This document shows positions 47,990 through 56,421 of a stretch of DNA of 64,000 nucleotides, one piece after another. Each line of letters starts with the position of its first letter. Position 1 is the stretch's first letter. A program made the position numbers and the translations under genes. The notes below the pieces were generated by a model. That model was not told the origin of the DNA. It searched no databases and saw nothing but the letters and a program-made list of their open reading frames with translations. Origin of the DNA: Candidatus Latescibacterota bacterium (GTDB taxonomy: Bacteria > Latescibacterota > UBA2968 > UBA8231); assembly GCA_965243025.1 (NCBI GenBank), contig CBDETY010000003.1:1696001-1760000 (forward strand), read 5' to 3'.

Positions 47990-49000
47990 GTGATCGCTTC
48001 ATTCAATCGGCTTGCCCGCTACCTCGTCAGCCTGGCCTTGATGGGGATGTTCCTGTACTGGGCGTTCCATGGGATCGACCCGAGGGCTCTGTGGGAGTCG
48101 ATCCAACTGATCTCGGCGCCCTGGGTGGCTGTCATCGTCGCGACCACCCTCTGCACCATCGCTCTGCGCGCCTGGCGATGGATCGCCCTGATGCGTCCGT
48201 TCACTCGCGAGGTCTCACTTCTCGACGCCTGCCTCGCACTGCTGATCTGCTACGCCGCAAACATCGTCATACCCCGGTCGGGTGAGGCCCTGCGGGCATT
48301 GAGCCTCAACTGGAGACGTGGAGTCAGCATCGGCTCCGTGCTGGGAACGGTGGTCGTGGAACGCACCCTCGACATGTTCTGGCTGGTATTCCTGGTCGGT
48401 GCGACCATACTGCTGCTGCGCGAACAGATCGACTTGCTGTTTCCGTGGATGGAGCCGCTCGCCCTGCTGTCCCTGGCAGGCTGCATGGCGATCCTGGTCC
48501 TTCTTGTAGCGGTTTCGGTGTACCGCGACAGTGCGGTCGCCCGGGTCCACGCACTGCTCGGCCGGCTGTCGCACCGGTTGGCCGACCGGGTAACCGGTTT
48601 TCTCGATACTTTCGTGCATGGCCTTCAGGCCCTGCACGCCCGGTCTGCGTACGCGGAGATCCTGACCGCTTCGCTGCTGCTGAATGCCGGATACCTGCTG
48701 ATGATCTACCAGGCCTTCCTCGCCTTCGGATTCGACGAATCCCCCCACTTGCTGGGGATGATGGCATCCTTCGTGGTCTCGGCGATCTCCTCGCTCGGAA
48801 TGGTCCTGCCGACCGCCGGGGGGATCGGATCGTACCATTTCTTCTTCGCCGAAACCCTCGAACAGCTGTATGCGGTTCCGCAGGCCTCGGCCCTGGCCTG
48901 CGCCACCGTCCTTCACGCCATTTCCACGGCGACGTACCTGGTCTTCGGAGGCCCGGGCTTCTTCATCCAGCGCCGCTTGAGCAGGCGATCCGGCGATTAG
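47990..49000 (+). CDS. Lysylphosphatidylglycerol-synthase TM / flippase-like membrane protein
   Basis: LRAWRW, AN..IPRSGE.LR, GTVVVERTLD and PTAGGIG.YH. Confidence 0.88.
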   Translation: MIASFNRLARYLVSLALMGMFLYWAFHGIDPRALWESIQLISAPWVAVIVATTLCTIALRAWRWIALMRPFTREVSLLDACLALLICYAANIVIPRSGEALRALSLNWRRGVSIGSVLGTVVVERTLDMFWLVFLVGATILLLREQIDLLFPWMEPLALLSLAGCMAILVLLVAVSVYRDSAVARVHALLGRLSHRLADRVTGFLDTFVHGLQALHARSAYAEILTASLLLNAGYLLMIYQAFLAFGFDESPHLLGMMASFVVSAISSLGMVLPTAGGIGSYHFFFAETLEQLYAVPQASALACATVLHAISTATYLVFGGPGFFIQRRLSRRSGD

Positions 49001-49137
49001 CGCCGGATGCAGTTCCGGAGGTACGCGGAAATCATCCGCGAACCTGGGCGCTCGCAGTCTCTTTGTTCCGGGAACTTCAGGGACGGGGCCACCCGTCCGG
49101 GGTGGCTGCAGATGCGGTCAGCGGCGGTTGGGGGCGT

Positions 49138-49983
49138 TTAGAAAACCCAGACAATGAGCATCGATCCGCCCACGTATCCGAACGCCTCCAGCAAACCCGC
49201 TCCGATCCTCGGAGTCTCTGCGGTCTGTTCTCCGGCGAGACTCACCCCGGGGGCGAGAAGCAGGTCGGTCAGTTTCTTGATGAGGTAGAGAGCGACCAGA
49301 CCGAACAGGACATCCGCGGCGAACAACTTCAGGCTCTCCGCCCACCCCGTGAAGTCTCCGCCGACCGAGATGCTGACGATGTTTCCCATGCCGACCAGAA
49401 CGCCGCCGAAAGCAAGGCCTACGGCGGCGTTGTCGCGCTCGAGCTCGTCGTGGATGCTGTGCGACGTGGTCCACTCGTACAGCAATCCCGCCAGCAGCAG
49501 AACGACCTGGGCGATTGCCCAGAACGCGATTCCGGTCTGCCAGGCACCCGCCCCCTGCTGTATTGACAGAAGGATCAGTCCGTTGGCGATATGCAACCCC
49601 GCCTCGACGAAGGCGGTCCCCAGGTTCTGGTCCTCGACGATCTCCTTGGTGTTGTCGAAATGATGCAGCAGCAGCTTTTCACAGATGAAGCTGGCGACAA
49701 GCATCATCACCACCGTCTGCAGGCCGAAGAGGGCGATGGAGGTCAGGTCGGCCTGCAAGCCCGCGGATGGCCCCGTGAGAACGCCCCCGAGGGCGATGAC
49801 GATCCCGAGCAGGTACCCGGCGGTCGAAACCGCGAGGGCGCTGTTCGAACGCCCGAAGATCTCATCCTTCAGGGAAACCCGCCTGTAGATGCGGGTATAG
49901 GCGAACTTGGCGATCCACATCAACACGAACGCTTCGAGGACGTAGACCGCGGAGCGGCCCATGAAGCCCAGTTGTTCTGCCAT
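49138..49983 (-). CDS. Tandem DUF350 membrane protein
   Basis: Repeated EI....N.A.A/G motifs (EIFGRSNSALA, EIVEDQNLGTA, ELERDNAAVG) with about 8 TM segments. Confidence 0.85.
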   Translation of the reverse strand: MAEQLGFMGRSAVYVLEAFVLMWIAKFAYTRIYRRVSLKDEIFGRSNSALAVSTAGYLLGIVIALGGVLTGPSAGLQADLTSIALFGLQTVVMMLVASFICEKLLLHHFDNTKEIVEDQNLGTAFVEAGLHIANGLILLSIQQGAGAWQTGIAFWAIAQVVLLLAGLLYEWTTSHSIHDELERDNAAVGLAFGGVLVGMGNIVSISVGGDFTGWAESLKLFAADVLFGLVALYLIKKLTDLLLAPGVSLAGEQTAETPRIGAGLLEAFGYVGGSMLIVWVF

Positions 49984-50057
49984 GCCTACCGAATCCTTCC
50001 CCGGCTGTCAGCCGAACCTCGGGTTGTTCCGGATAAAACCACTTGACAGGCGGCCGT

Positions 50058-50747
50058 TCATTTTCCCCGGCCGAATCCACCCCGGAAAGAGGCGCTCCGC
50101 GCCCGCGTCCCGAAACCGCGCCCCCCGGAGCTTACGCGCTGGCGGTAGCGATTGTAAAAACCGGGACGCGTTTTCTGCGTAACGCTGCCGCGCGTGCCGA
50201 AGGCCGGCCGTCCCCTTTCCTTGGGGCCGAAGTACGGACGTCCGCGCTCGTAGTTGCGCCGGTAGTTCTGGTAGTCGTTCCGCCCGATGTTCCAGCCCCC
50301 GAGCATCTGGCTCATGAAGGCGTACTGGCCGTAAAACTGCCAGAATCCCCCTCCTCCCCAGTATCCGTAACTGGAATTCCCGACGTACTGGTAAGCGGGG
50401 GGATGGGCCTGGCGGACGCCGGTGGTGCGGCCGTCTTGGGATTTCGACGACACCACCATGCCGAGGTAGTGCTGGTAACGGGCGAAGGTCTCCTCGGGAA
50501 CCTCCATCCACTCCGTGGTCTTCGGCTCGTACACGAGGGTGTCCCGCCCCGCGATCCGCTGGCCGGACGCGGTCAGCACTCGAAAGCGGATGAAATAGTC
50601 GGGAAAGAACCCGTCTTCGACGCGCAGGTCGTCGACAATGAGGGAGTATTCCGGGTAGCGGCCCAGATCGCGGACAAGGGTGTCCACCGGATCGGCTGAT
50701 CTGCCGCAGCTGAAGGCGCCGGCGAGGCAGAGCGCCGCCGCTGCCAC
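50058..50747 (-). CDS. Lipoprotein with Gly/Arg/aromatic-rich C-terminal tail (start uncertain)
   Basis: LAGAFSC lipobox-like signal, YVGN..YGYW...FWQFYGQYA and tail RGGFGRGK. Confidence 0.75.
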   Translation of the reverse strand: MAAAALCLAGAFSCGRSADPVDTLVRDLGRYPEYSLIVDDLRVEDGFFPDYFIRFRVLTASGQRIAGRDTLVYEPKTTEWMEVPEETFARYQHYLGMVVSSKSQDGRTTGVRQAHPPAYQYVGNSSYGYWGGGGFWQFYGQYAFMSQMLGGWNIGRNDYQNYRRNYERGRPYFGPKERGRPAFGTRGSVTQKTRPGFYNRYRQRVSSGGRGFGTRARSASFRGGFGRGK

Positions 50748-50805
50748 CCGAAGCAGGAGGCAGGCCCCCCGGCTCCGACGGGGCCCGGAATCAACCGGGC
50801 CGGGG

Positions 50806-51360
50806 CTAACCGGCAGGCAGGATGTTGGTGAACTGGTACTCTTCGACATACTCACCTTCGTAAGCGGAAAAGTCGCGGTCCCCGGACTGGACGACGTAGA
50901 GAACGCGCCCTGCCTCGCTTTCGTAGCTCCAGCTGACGAACTCCCGGGCTTGCGACGCTCCCGAGGGCCCGGCGTTCTCCACCATGGTGCCGGATCCGGA
51001 TTCGACCGCGGCGTACTCCCCCTCTTCGAACCGGACCTGCTCAGGGGGTTCCCCTTCGTCGAGGATGGTCCCGGCGACGTCCCCGTCGACATCGCGAAGT
51101 GAAATCCGCCGGGTCAGCGTCCACTCGACCTTGCCGTCCTCAGAAGCGCGCTCGAGGAAACGCACCCGATCCCCGCTGGAAATCTGCCACTCGCTCGTCT
51201 CCTGGCCGTCGTAGTCGAACGATGTCATGGCGGTCACCTCCCAGGTCAGGAGGTCGTAGTCGACGAAGAAGCCGATCCTCATCTTGTCGAGAGTGTAATC
51301 GACCAGCGGGTCGATCTCGGGTTCTTTTTCCCGGCGCCACAGCTTCTTGAAACTCACCAT
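50806..51360 (-). CDS. DUF4178-like protein
   Basis: G.FVDYD..TWEV, EW, PP..V.FE...Y...E.G and W.YE; typical of the DUF350/speE neighbourhood. Confidence 0.72.
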   Translation of the reverse strand: MVSFKKLWRREKEPEIDPLVDYTLDKMRIGFFVDYDLLTWEVTAMTSFDYDGQETSEWQISSGDRVRFLERASEDGKVEWTLTRRISLRDVDGDVAGTILDEGEPPEQVRFEEGEYAAVESGSGTMVENAGPSGASQAREFVSWSYESEAGRVLYVVQSGDRDFSAYEGEYVEEYQFTNILPAG

Positions 51361-51415
51361 GCGGATTCACCCAGGGATCCGGGCGGAGACCTCGGGGGAG
51401 ACCGGCTCTCGTCCC

Positions 51416-52969
51416 CTACCAGCGACCCCAGTCCTCCCTATAGTACTGCGCCAGAAGGGGCCGGTCCAGGCGGTTCGCCTCTACCTCCACCGGTGCCATG
51501 TCCGGTGGAAAAACCGTCATCGCCGGCAGCATCTCGGGCCGCAGGTAACGCGTAGGCACCGTCAGAGGCGCCTCCGCAAGGGGAGGCGCGGCCGCACCGG
51601 CGGCGAGGAAGAATCCCCATTCCCCCAGCGTCGGCACCGGAACGCGGTAAGGAACCGCTCGCAAACCCGCCTCCGCAAGGGATTTTCCGATGCTCCAGAA
51701 GGTCTTTCTGGTGAAATACGGACTGGTCGCCTGGGTCGCCAGCATACCTCCCCGGGCCAGGTGGCGGCGGAGAATCCGGTAGCCTTCGACCGAATACAGC
51801 TTGCCAAGCGAATCGATCCGGGGATCGGGAAGGTCGACGATGATGACCCCGTAGGGGATCAGATCCTGCTGGATGAACCGGAAGGCATCCTCGTTCAGGA
51901 TGCGGACCTCGGGGCGGTTCAGGGAATTTCGGTTGAGGTCCGTCATGCGCACGTCGCGGCGGGCGAGGTCGGTCACCGCCTCGTCCATGTCGACGAGATC
52001 GACCGCGACGACATCGGGATACTTCAACACTTCGCGCGCCGAAAGGCCGTCTCCGCCGCCAATTATCAGCACCCTGTCCCGGCTGCCGGCGAGGGACATC
52101 GCCGGATGGACGAGGGCTTCGTGGTAGCGGTACTCGTCGCTCGACGAGAATTGCAGATGTCCGTCGAGGAACAGGCTGATCTCCTCCTTCCACTGCGTCA
52201 GCACCACTCTCTGGTACGGTGATTGGGCGCTGTAGACGATGCGGTCGCTGTAGAGATTGCTTTCCCAGCGCTCGCGCAGTGCCTCGGCGCGCAGCAAAAG
52301 ACCGCCGAGAACGGCGCCGAACAGGACGGACTGCAGCGCGAGCAGGCGCACCCGTCCCCCGTTCAGCACACCCCGGAAGGCGACCAGCAGCACCACCCCG
52401 ATACCGACGTTTATCCCCCCGGTGACGAGGGCGGTATCGAAGGTCCCGAGAAGCGGCAGCAGCAGGTAGGGAAAAAGAAGGGCGGCGATCAGCGACCCGA
52501 TGTAGTCGAGAGACAACAGGTCGGCCAGCACCTGCCTCAGGGTTCCGTACTGACGAAGGATGCGCGCCAGCAGGGGCAGCTCGAGCCCGACCAGGCCCCC
52601 GATAACCAGGATGAAGAGGATCATCCAGTAGCGGTACTGCCCCGAGTACGAGTAAACCGCGTACAGGGCCGGGACCGAACACCCCCCGGCCAGCCCGAGC
52701 CAGAGCTCGATGGATATGAATTTTGTAATCAGGTCGCGCTTGCAAAGCCTTGAGATCCAAGAGCCTGCCCCCATCGCGGCCAGAAAGAAGCCGATTGTAA
52801 GAGAAAACTGTTCGACACTGTCGCCGAGGAAGTAGGAGGAGATGGTGCCTATGAGGAGCTCGTAGATGATCGCGCAGCCCGCCGCGGCGAAAATCGAGGC
52901 GAGCAGCAGCGCGACCCCCAGGCGGGATGCACCGGGGTCGGTGGAGCCGGGGACCGCCTCGTCAGGCAC
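51416..52969 (-). CDS. speE: Membrane-bound polyamine aminopropyltransferase (spermidine synthase-like)
   Basis: About 7 N-terminal TM segments, then SPYQ, LFLDGHLQFSS.DEYRYHEALVHP, GGGDG and IIVDLPDP. Confidence 0.9.
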   Translation of the reverse strand: MPDEAVPGSTDPGASRLGVALLLASIFAAAGCAIIYELLIGTISSYFLGDSVEQFSLTIGFFLAAMGAGSWISRLCKRDLITKFISIELWLGLAGGCSVPALYAVYSYSGQYRYWMILFILVIGGLVGLELPLLARILRQYGTLRQVLADLLSLDYIGSLIAALLFPYLLLPLLGTFDTALVTGGINVGIGVVLLVAFRGVLNGGRVRLLALQSVLFGAVLGGLLLRAEALRERWESNLYSDRIVYSAQSPYQRVVLTQWKEEISLFLDGHLQFSSSDEYRYHEALVHPAMSLAGSRDRVLIIGGGDGLSAREVLKYPDVVAVDLVDMDEAVTDLARRDVRMTDLNRNSLNRPEVRILNEDAFRFIQQDLIPYGVIIVDLPDPRIDSLGKLYSVEGYRILRRHLARGGMLATQATSPYFTRKTFWSIGKSLAEAGLRAVPYRVPVPTLGEWGFFLAAGAAAPPLAEAPLTVPTRYLRPEMLPAMTVFPPDMAPVEVEANRLDRPLLAQYYREDWGRW

Positions 52970-54638
52970 GCGTCAATCCTTTCAGGGAGCTCTCGCAGGG
53001 GATATCGAGAAGATCGAGACACTCTTCCGCCGCGCGAAGGCCGTGAAATACAGCCTCTTCGAACAGGGGAAGCCCCGACACGTCGCAGGTTGCAAAGGAA
53101 ACGGCACCGCAACGGAGCTGCCTGAGTTCGAGGTCGTTTCCCCACATGACGCCGGGTTCCGGTCTCACCATGGCGTGGCCCCACAGGTAGAGGTCGAGGC
53201 GCTCGACGAGGTCCTCGAGTCCGGGGTGAGCGGCGGTCAGGTCGGACATCACCGCGTCTGCCCAGAACCGGTGAGACCGCTTCAGCAGGGCATGCCGGGC
53301 CACTTCCGGATCGCTGGCGAAGGGCAGGTAGTAAACCAGGGTCCTTCCCCGCTGCGACACCGACCCCTGATGGCCGGCGTCGAGATAGCCGACGGACGGA
53401 CCATCGTACAGGACGTTGTCCCATGCGAACCGATCCGGCGACAGGTCTCCGCCACCCCCCTTTTTCAAATGCAGGGCAGCGACCAGCCAGGGAGAGTAAC
53501 GCAACCGCGACATGGCCAGGCGCTGCCCAGCTGGCAGTTCCCGAACGACGAACGGAGCGGTGTGCAGCTTGCCGGCATAGACGACGGAGCGGGCACGAAC
53601 CCGGTAGCGCCGTCCTGAAACCAGGTCGATACAGGCAAGCTCCGCCCCTTCGGGGGCCGGGCCGATGGCAACCACAGCGGTGAGTGTGCGCCGTTCTTCG
53701 GGAAGCATCCGGCCCGCCAGCGCCTCGGTCAGGTAACCGTTTCCCTGTTCCCAGGTCAGGGTGTCGCTGGGATACTGCTCGGAGACCCGCCGGTCGTAGA
53801 GCCTGCAGGCGAAGTAATGGATCCCCGCCCAGGCCGAGACATCCCGGCCGAGACAGCCGTAGTCATCCCGGCAACAGTAATCCACCAGCCATCGCAGCGG
53901 CGCAGCCGTCCACTTCCGGCTTTCCATGTAGTCGGCCATCGATATCCGGTCCAGGCCGCGAACCTTCGAATCGGCGGTGCTGTAGGCGGCCGGCATGGCG
54001 AAACCCCGGCGTCCGTCGGCGCCCGCCAGAATCGTCCAGCGCAGCATGTCGTCCTCGAACTCCCGCCACTGCTCCACCGCTTTCGAACCGGCGTTGCGGA
54101 ACGGATCGAGCCCTTCTTCCCAGTCCCCGTCGAGGAAGAGCCGCTCCCGGGGGTGTTTTACGAGGTGGTCGGGATTGACGCGCGGCCTTCCGGATGCGTC
54201 GTACCCGGTGATGACCCCGATGTCGGCGAGCAGCTCGTGGATGCAGTCCGCCTCTGCCGGAGGAACGTTGATGTAGTGGGCGCCCCACGGAAATGCGCGG
54301 CCGTTTGCCGATCCCGATATCGAGGTTCCACCGGTCCGCGACTCGAGCTCGAACAGGCAGAGCCTGCCGACTCCGGCGGCCTTGAGCTTCCAGGCCGCCG
54401 CAAGTCCCGAGACACCCCCGCCGGCGATGGCTGTATCGAGGACCGGCTCGGCGGCTGCCGGGAATTCCTCGAGCACATGCCGGGAGCGCAGCAGGTGCCC
54501 CCGTTCCGCCGAGCTGCCGTTGACGATCTCTCCGGGGATACCGAAGGAGCGGTTCGGCCTGTCTCCGGCGCCTCCGCAGCCGAGGGCCAGGCCACCTGCA
54601 AAGGCCCGCAGAAAGGCCCTCCGCGTCAGAGGTCTCAT
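52962..54638 (-). CDS. Tat-signal FAD-dependent (amine-oxidase-like) oxidoreductase
   Basis: LTRRAFL, GGGVSGLAAA, PWGAHY, YCCRDDYG, WAGIHYFA, WGHAM and LFEEA. Confidence 0.87.
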   Translation of the reverse strand: MRPLTRRAFLRAFAGGLALGCGGAGDRPNRSFGIPGEIVNGSSAERGHLLRSRHVLEEFPAAAEPVLDTAIAGGGVSGLAAAWKLKAAGVGRLCLFELESRTGGTSISGSANGRAFPWGAHYINVPPAEADCIHELLADIGVITGYDASGRPRVNPDHLVKHPRERLFLDGDWEEGLDPFRNAGSKAVEQWREFEDDMLRWTILAGADGRRGFAMPAAYSTADSKVRGLDRISMADYMESRKWTAAPLRWLVDYCCRDDYGCLGRDVSAWAGIHYFACRLYDRRVSEQYPSDTLTWEQGNGYLTEALAGRMLPEERRTLTAVVAIGPAPEGAELACIDLVSGRRYRVRARSVVYAGKLHTAPFVVRELPAGQRLAMSRLRYSPWLVAALHLKKGGGGDLSPDRFAWDNVLYDGPSVGYLDAGHQGSVSQRGRTLVYYLPFASDPEVARHALLKRSHRFWADAVMSDLTAAHPGLEDLVERLDLYLWGHAMVRPEPGVMWGNDLELRQLRCGAVSFATCDVSGLPLFEEAVFHGLRAAEECLDLLDIPCESSLKGLTRA

Positions 54639-54750
54639 GTGAGGTGACGGAAAAGAACGCCGGGCGGGACGTCATCCCGATGCGAGGGCGCCCGGCAGTG
54701 GAGAAGAACCCGCGATGTTACGGGGGGAGCAGGCCCTGCCGGTCGCGGGG

Positions 54751-55458
54751 CTACGACATCCCCATCTTCGACTTGAGCTGGGCCAACGAGTCGGTGGCCT
54801 TGGAGGAGGACTGCCCGGCCAGAGCCTTGTCGATCTCGTCGTCGACCGAGCGCGAGGAATCTGCCATCTCCCCGTACGCTTCGGCCAGCGACTCCTGCTC
54901 GTCAACTTTTTCCTTCATGCGTTCGAGCAGGGCAACCGTGCCGCGGGAATCGACGTTTGCCAGCCTCTGGTTGATCTTCCGGGTCGCGTCCGCGGTCTTG
55001 GCGCGCGCCTTGAGCGTTGCCAGGTCGTTTTCGTACGAGGCGAGCTTCGACTTCAGCTCGTTCACATTGGCCTGGATCTTGTCGACCATGGCGTGCTGGG
55101 CCTGGGACTGCCGGGTCGACTCGAGAGCGCGGGTGGTTCCCTCCTCCTTGCGGGTCAGGGCCTCGGTGGCGAGACGCTCTGCATCGGCCATTTCCATATC
55201 GCCGGACTGCGCCCTCTGCAGCAGCAGCATCGCCTTGCGCTCGTAGTCGCCGGCGAGCCGTTTTGCATCTTCGGCCTCCTTGTCCATACGGATTGCCAGG
55301 GCCTTGACCTCGGCAAGGCTCTTGAGGCTGTCGGCGAGATCGTTCTTGAGGTCCCGGACCGCCTGCTCGCTGATCTTGATGGGATCTTCGAGCTTGTCGA
55401 CAAGGGCGTGCGCTTCGGCCTGTCCGGTCTTGAACAGACGTTGAAAAATACCGGCCAT
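54751..55458 (-). CDS. PspA/IM30 family protein
   Basis: MAGIFQRL..., DKLEDP, long coiled coil, ERMKEKV and LAQLKSKMG. Confidence 0.92.
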   Translation of the reverse strand: MAGIFQRLFKTGQAEAHALVDKLEDPIKISEQAVRDLKNDLADSLKSLAEVKALAIRMDKEAEDAKRLAGDYERKAMLLLQRAQSGDMEMADAERLATEALTRKEEGTTRALESTRQSQAQHAMVDKIQANVNELKSKLASYENDLATLKARAKTADATRKINQRLANVDSRGTVALLERMKEKVDEQESLAEAYGEMADSSRSVDDEIDKALAGQSSSKATDSLAQLKSKMGMS

Positions 55459-55478
55459 GAGTTCCTGCTCCTTCCGTT

Positions 55479-55895
55479 CTAGGCTTTGGGCGCCGACTGT
55501 TCCGCGAAGCTCAGAAGCTCTTCCCCGTTCTCGGCAAGGCCGAGGCTGAGAGCGTTGATGGTGGTTTCGAGCTCGCTGAGGTCGAGGGTGTCGAGGGCAA
55601 GGGTGTTCCGGTACAAAAGGGTATCGGCGGCATCGTTGAGGACGAAGGCTCCGAAAACCAGTTCGCGGTTCATCTGCAGAATCCGCCGGTACATTTCCGC
55701 CCCGGCTCCGGAATCGACCTTCATGATCAACTGCTCGAGCACGAGCACCGACTCTTCGCAGTCGATGACGAGATTGTGAATCCCGCGCTCGTGGTCGTTG
55801 ATGAGGACGATCTCCTCCTCGGGGATTTCCTCGTCGATTTCGAAACCCAGCTCGAGGACGTATTCCTTGACCATGTCAAAGCGCTCCGACATCAC
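55479..55895 (-). CDS. YbjN/CesT-like chaperone-fold protein
   Basis: Acidic 138-aa protein with LQMNRELVFGAFVL...LLYRNTL.L.TLD..ELE; upstream of pspA. Confidence 0.72.
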   Translation of the reverse strand: MMSERFDMVKEYVLELGFEIDEEIPEEEIVLINDHERGIHNLVIDCEESVLVLEQLIMKVDSGAGAEMYRRILQMNRELVFGAFVLNDAADTLLYRNTLALDTLDLSELETTINALSLGLAENGEELLSFAEQSAPKA

Positions 55896-56257
55896 TGCTC
55901 CTTTTCCCGGTTTGACAGCGCCGTTTCCAGCTCCCTGTAGGCGCGGGTGAGTCGCGCCGTCAGCTCGTCGGCCGTGCGGCGCTTCTCCTCGTCCCGGGCG
56001 TGTCTGTCAGGGTGGTACTGCTTCATCATCCGGCGCCATGCAGCGCGCACGGTCTCCAGGTCCGACCCGTACGGCAATTCGAGGTTCGCGTAATACTCGG
56101 CCAGGGCCGGGTCGACATCGGACCGCCGGCTCCCCGGCTCTTCCCGGGGACCGTTTCCCCGTCCGAATTCTCCCGCCTCAAAACGGGGTGTCTCACCGCG
56201 CAGGCGATCGTAAAGCCGCGAGCGGCCGATTTCAATGAGGCGGCGGAAAAGGTCCAT
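55892..56257 (-). CDS. Small J-domain (DnaJ-like) protein
   Basis: YYANLEL...VRAAWRRMMKQYHPDRH...LTRAY. Confidence 0.88.
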   Translation of the reverse strand: MDLFRRLIEIGRSRLYDRLRGETPRFEAGEFGRGNGPREEPGSRRSDVDPALAEYYANLELPYGSDLETVRAAWRRMMKQYHPDRHARDEEKRRTADELTARLTRAYRELETALSNREKEQ

Positions 56258-56421
56258 GGCCCTGGGTGAGAACGAATCGAATATAGAAGTGCCCGTTCCC
56301 CTGGTCCATACGGGAACCGGACTGGTCTGCCCCCGGTCAGTCAGCCTGCGACCTGGGCCCCGAGCCGGGGATCAACGGAGGTGCAGGGGCGACCGATTCC
56401 GCGGATTTACCCGTGTCCATA

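Noticed and set aside
47802-47993. 63-aa basic ORF between hisI and the flippase-like gene
   Set aside because: No RBS at a suitable distance and no recognisable motif; cannot be supported.
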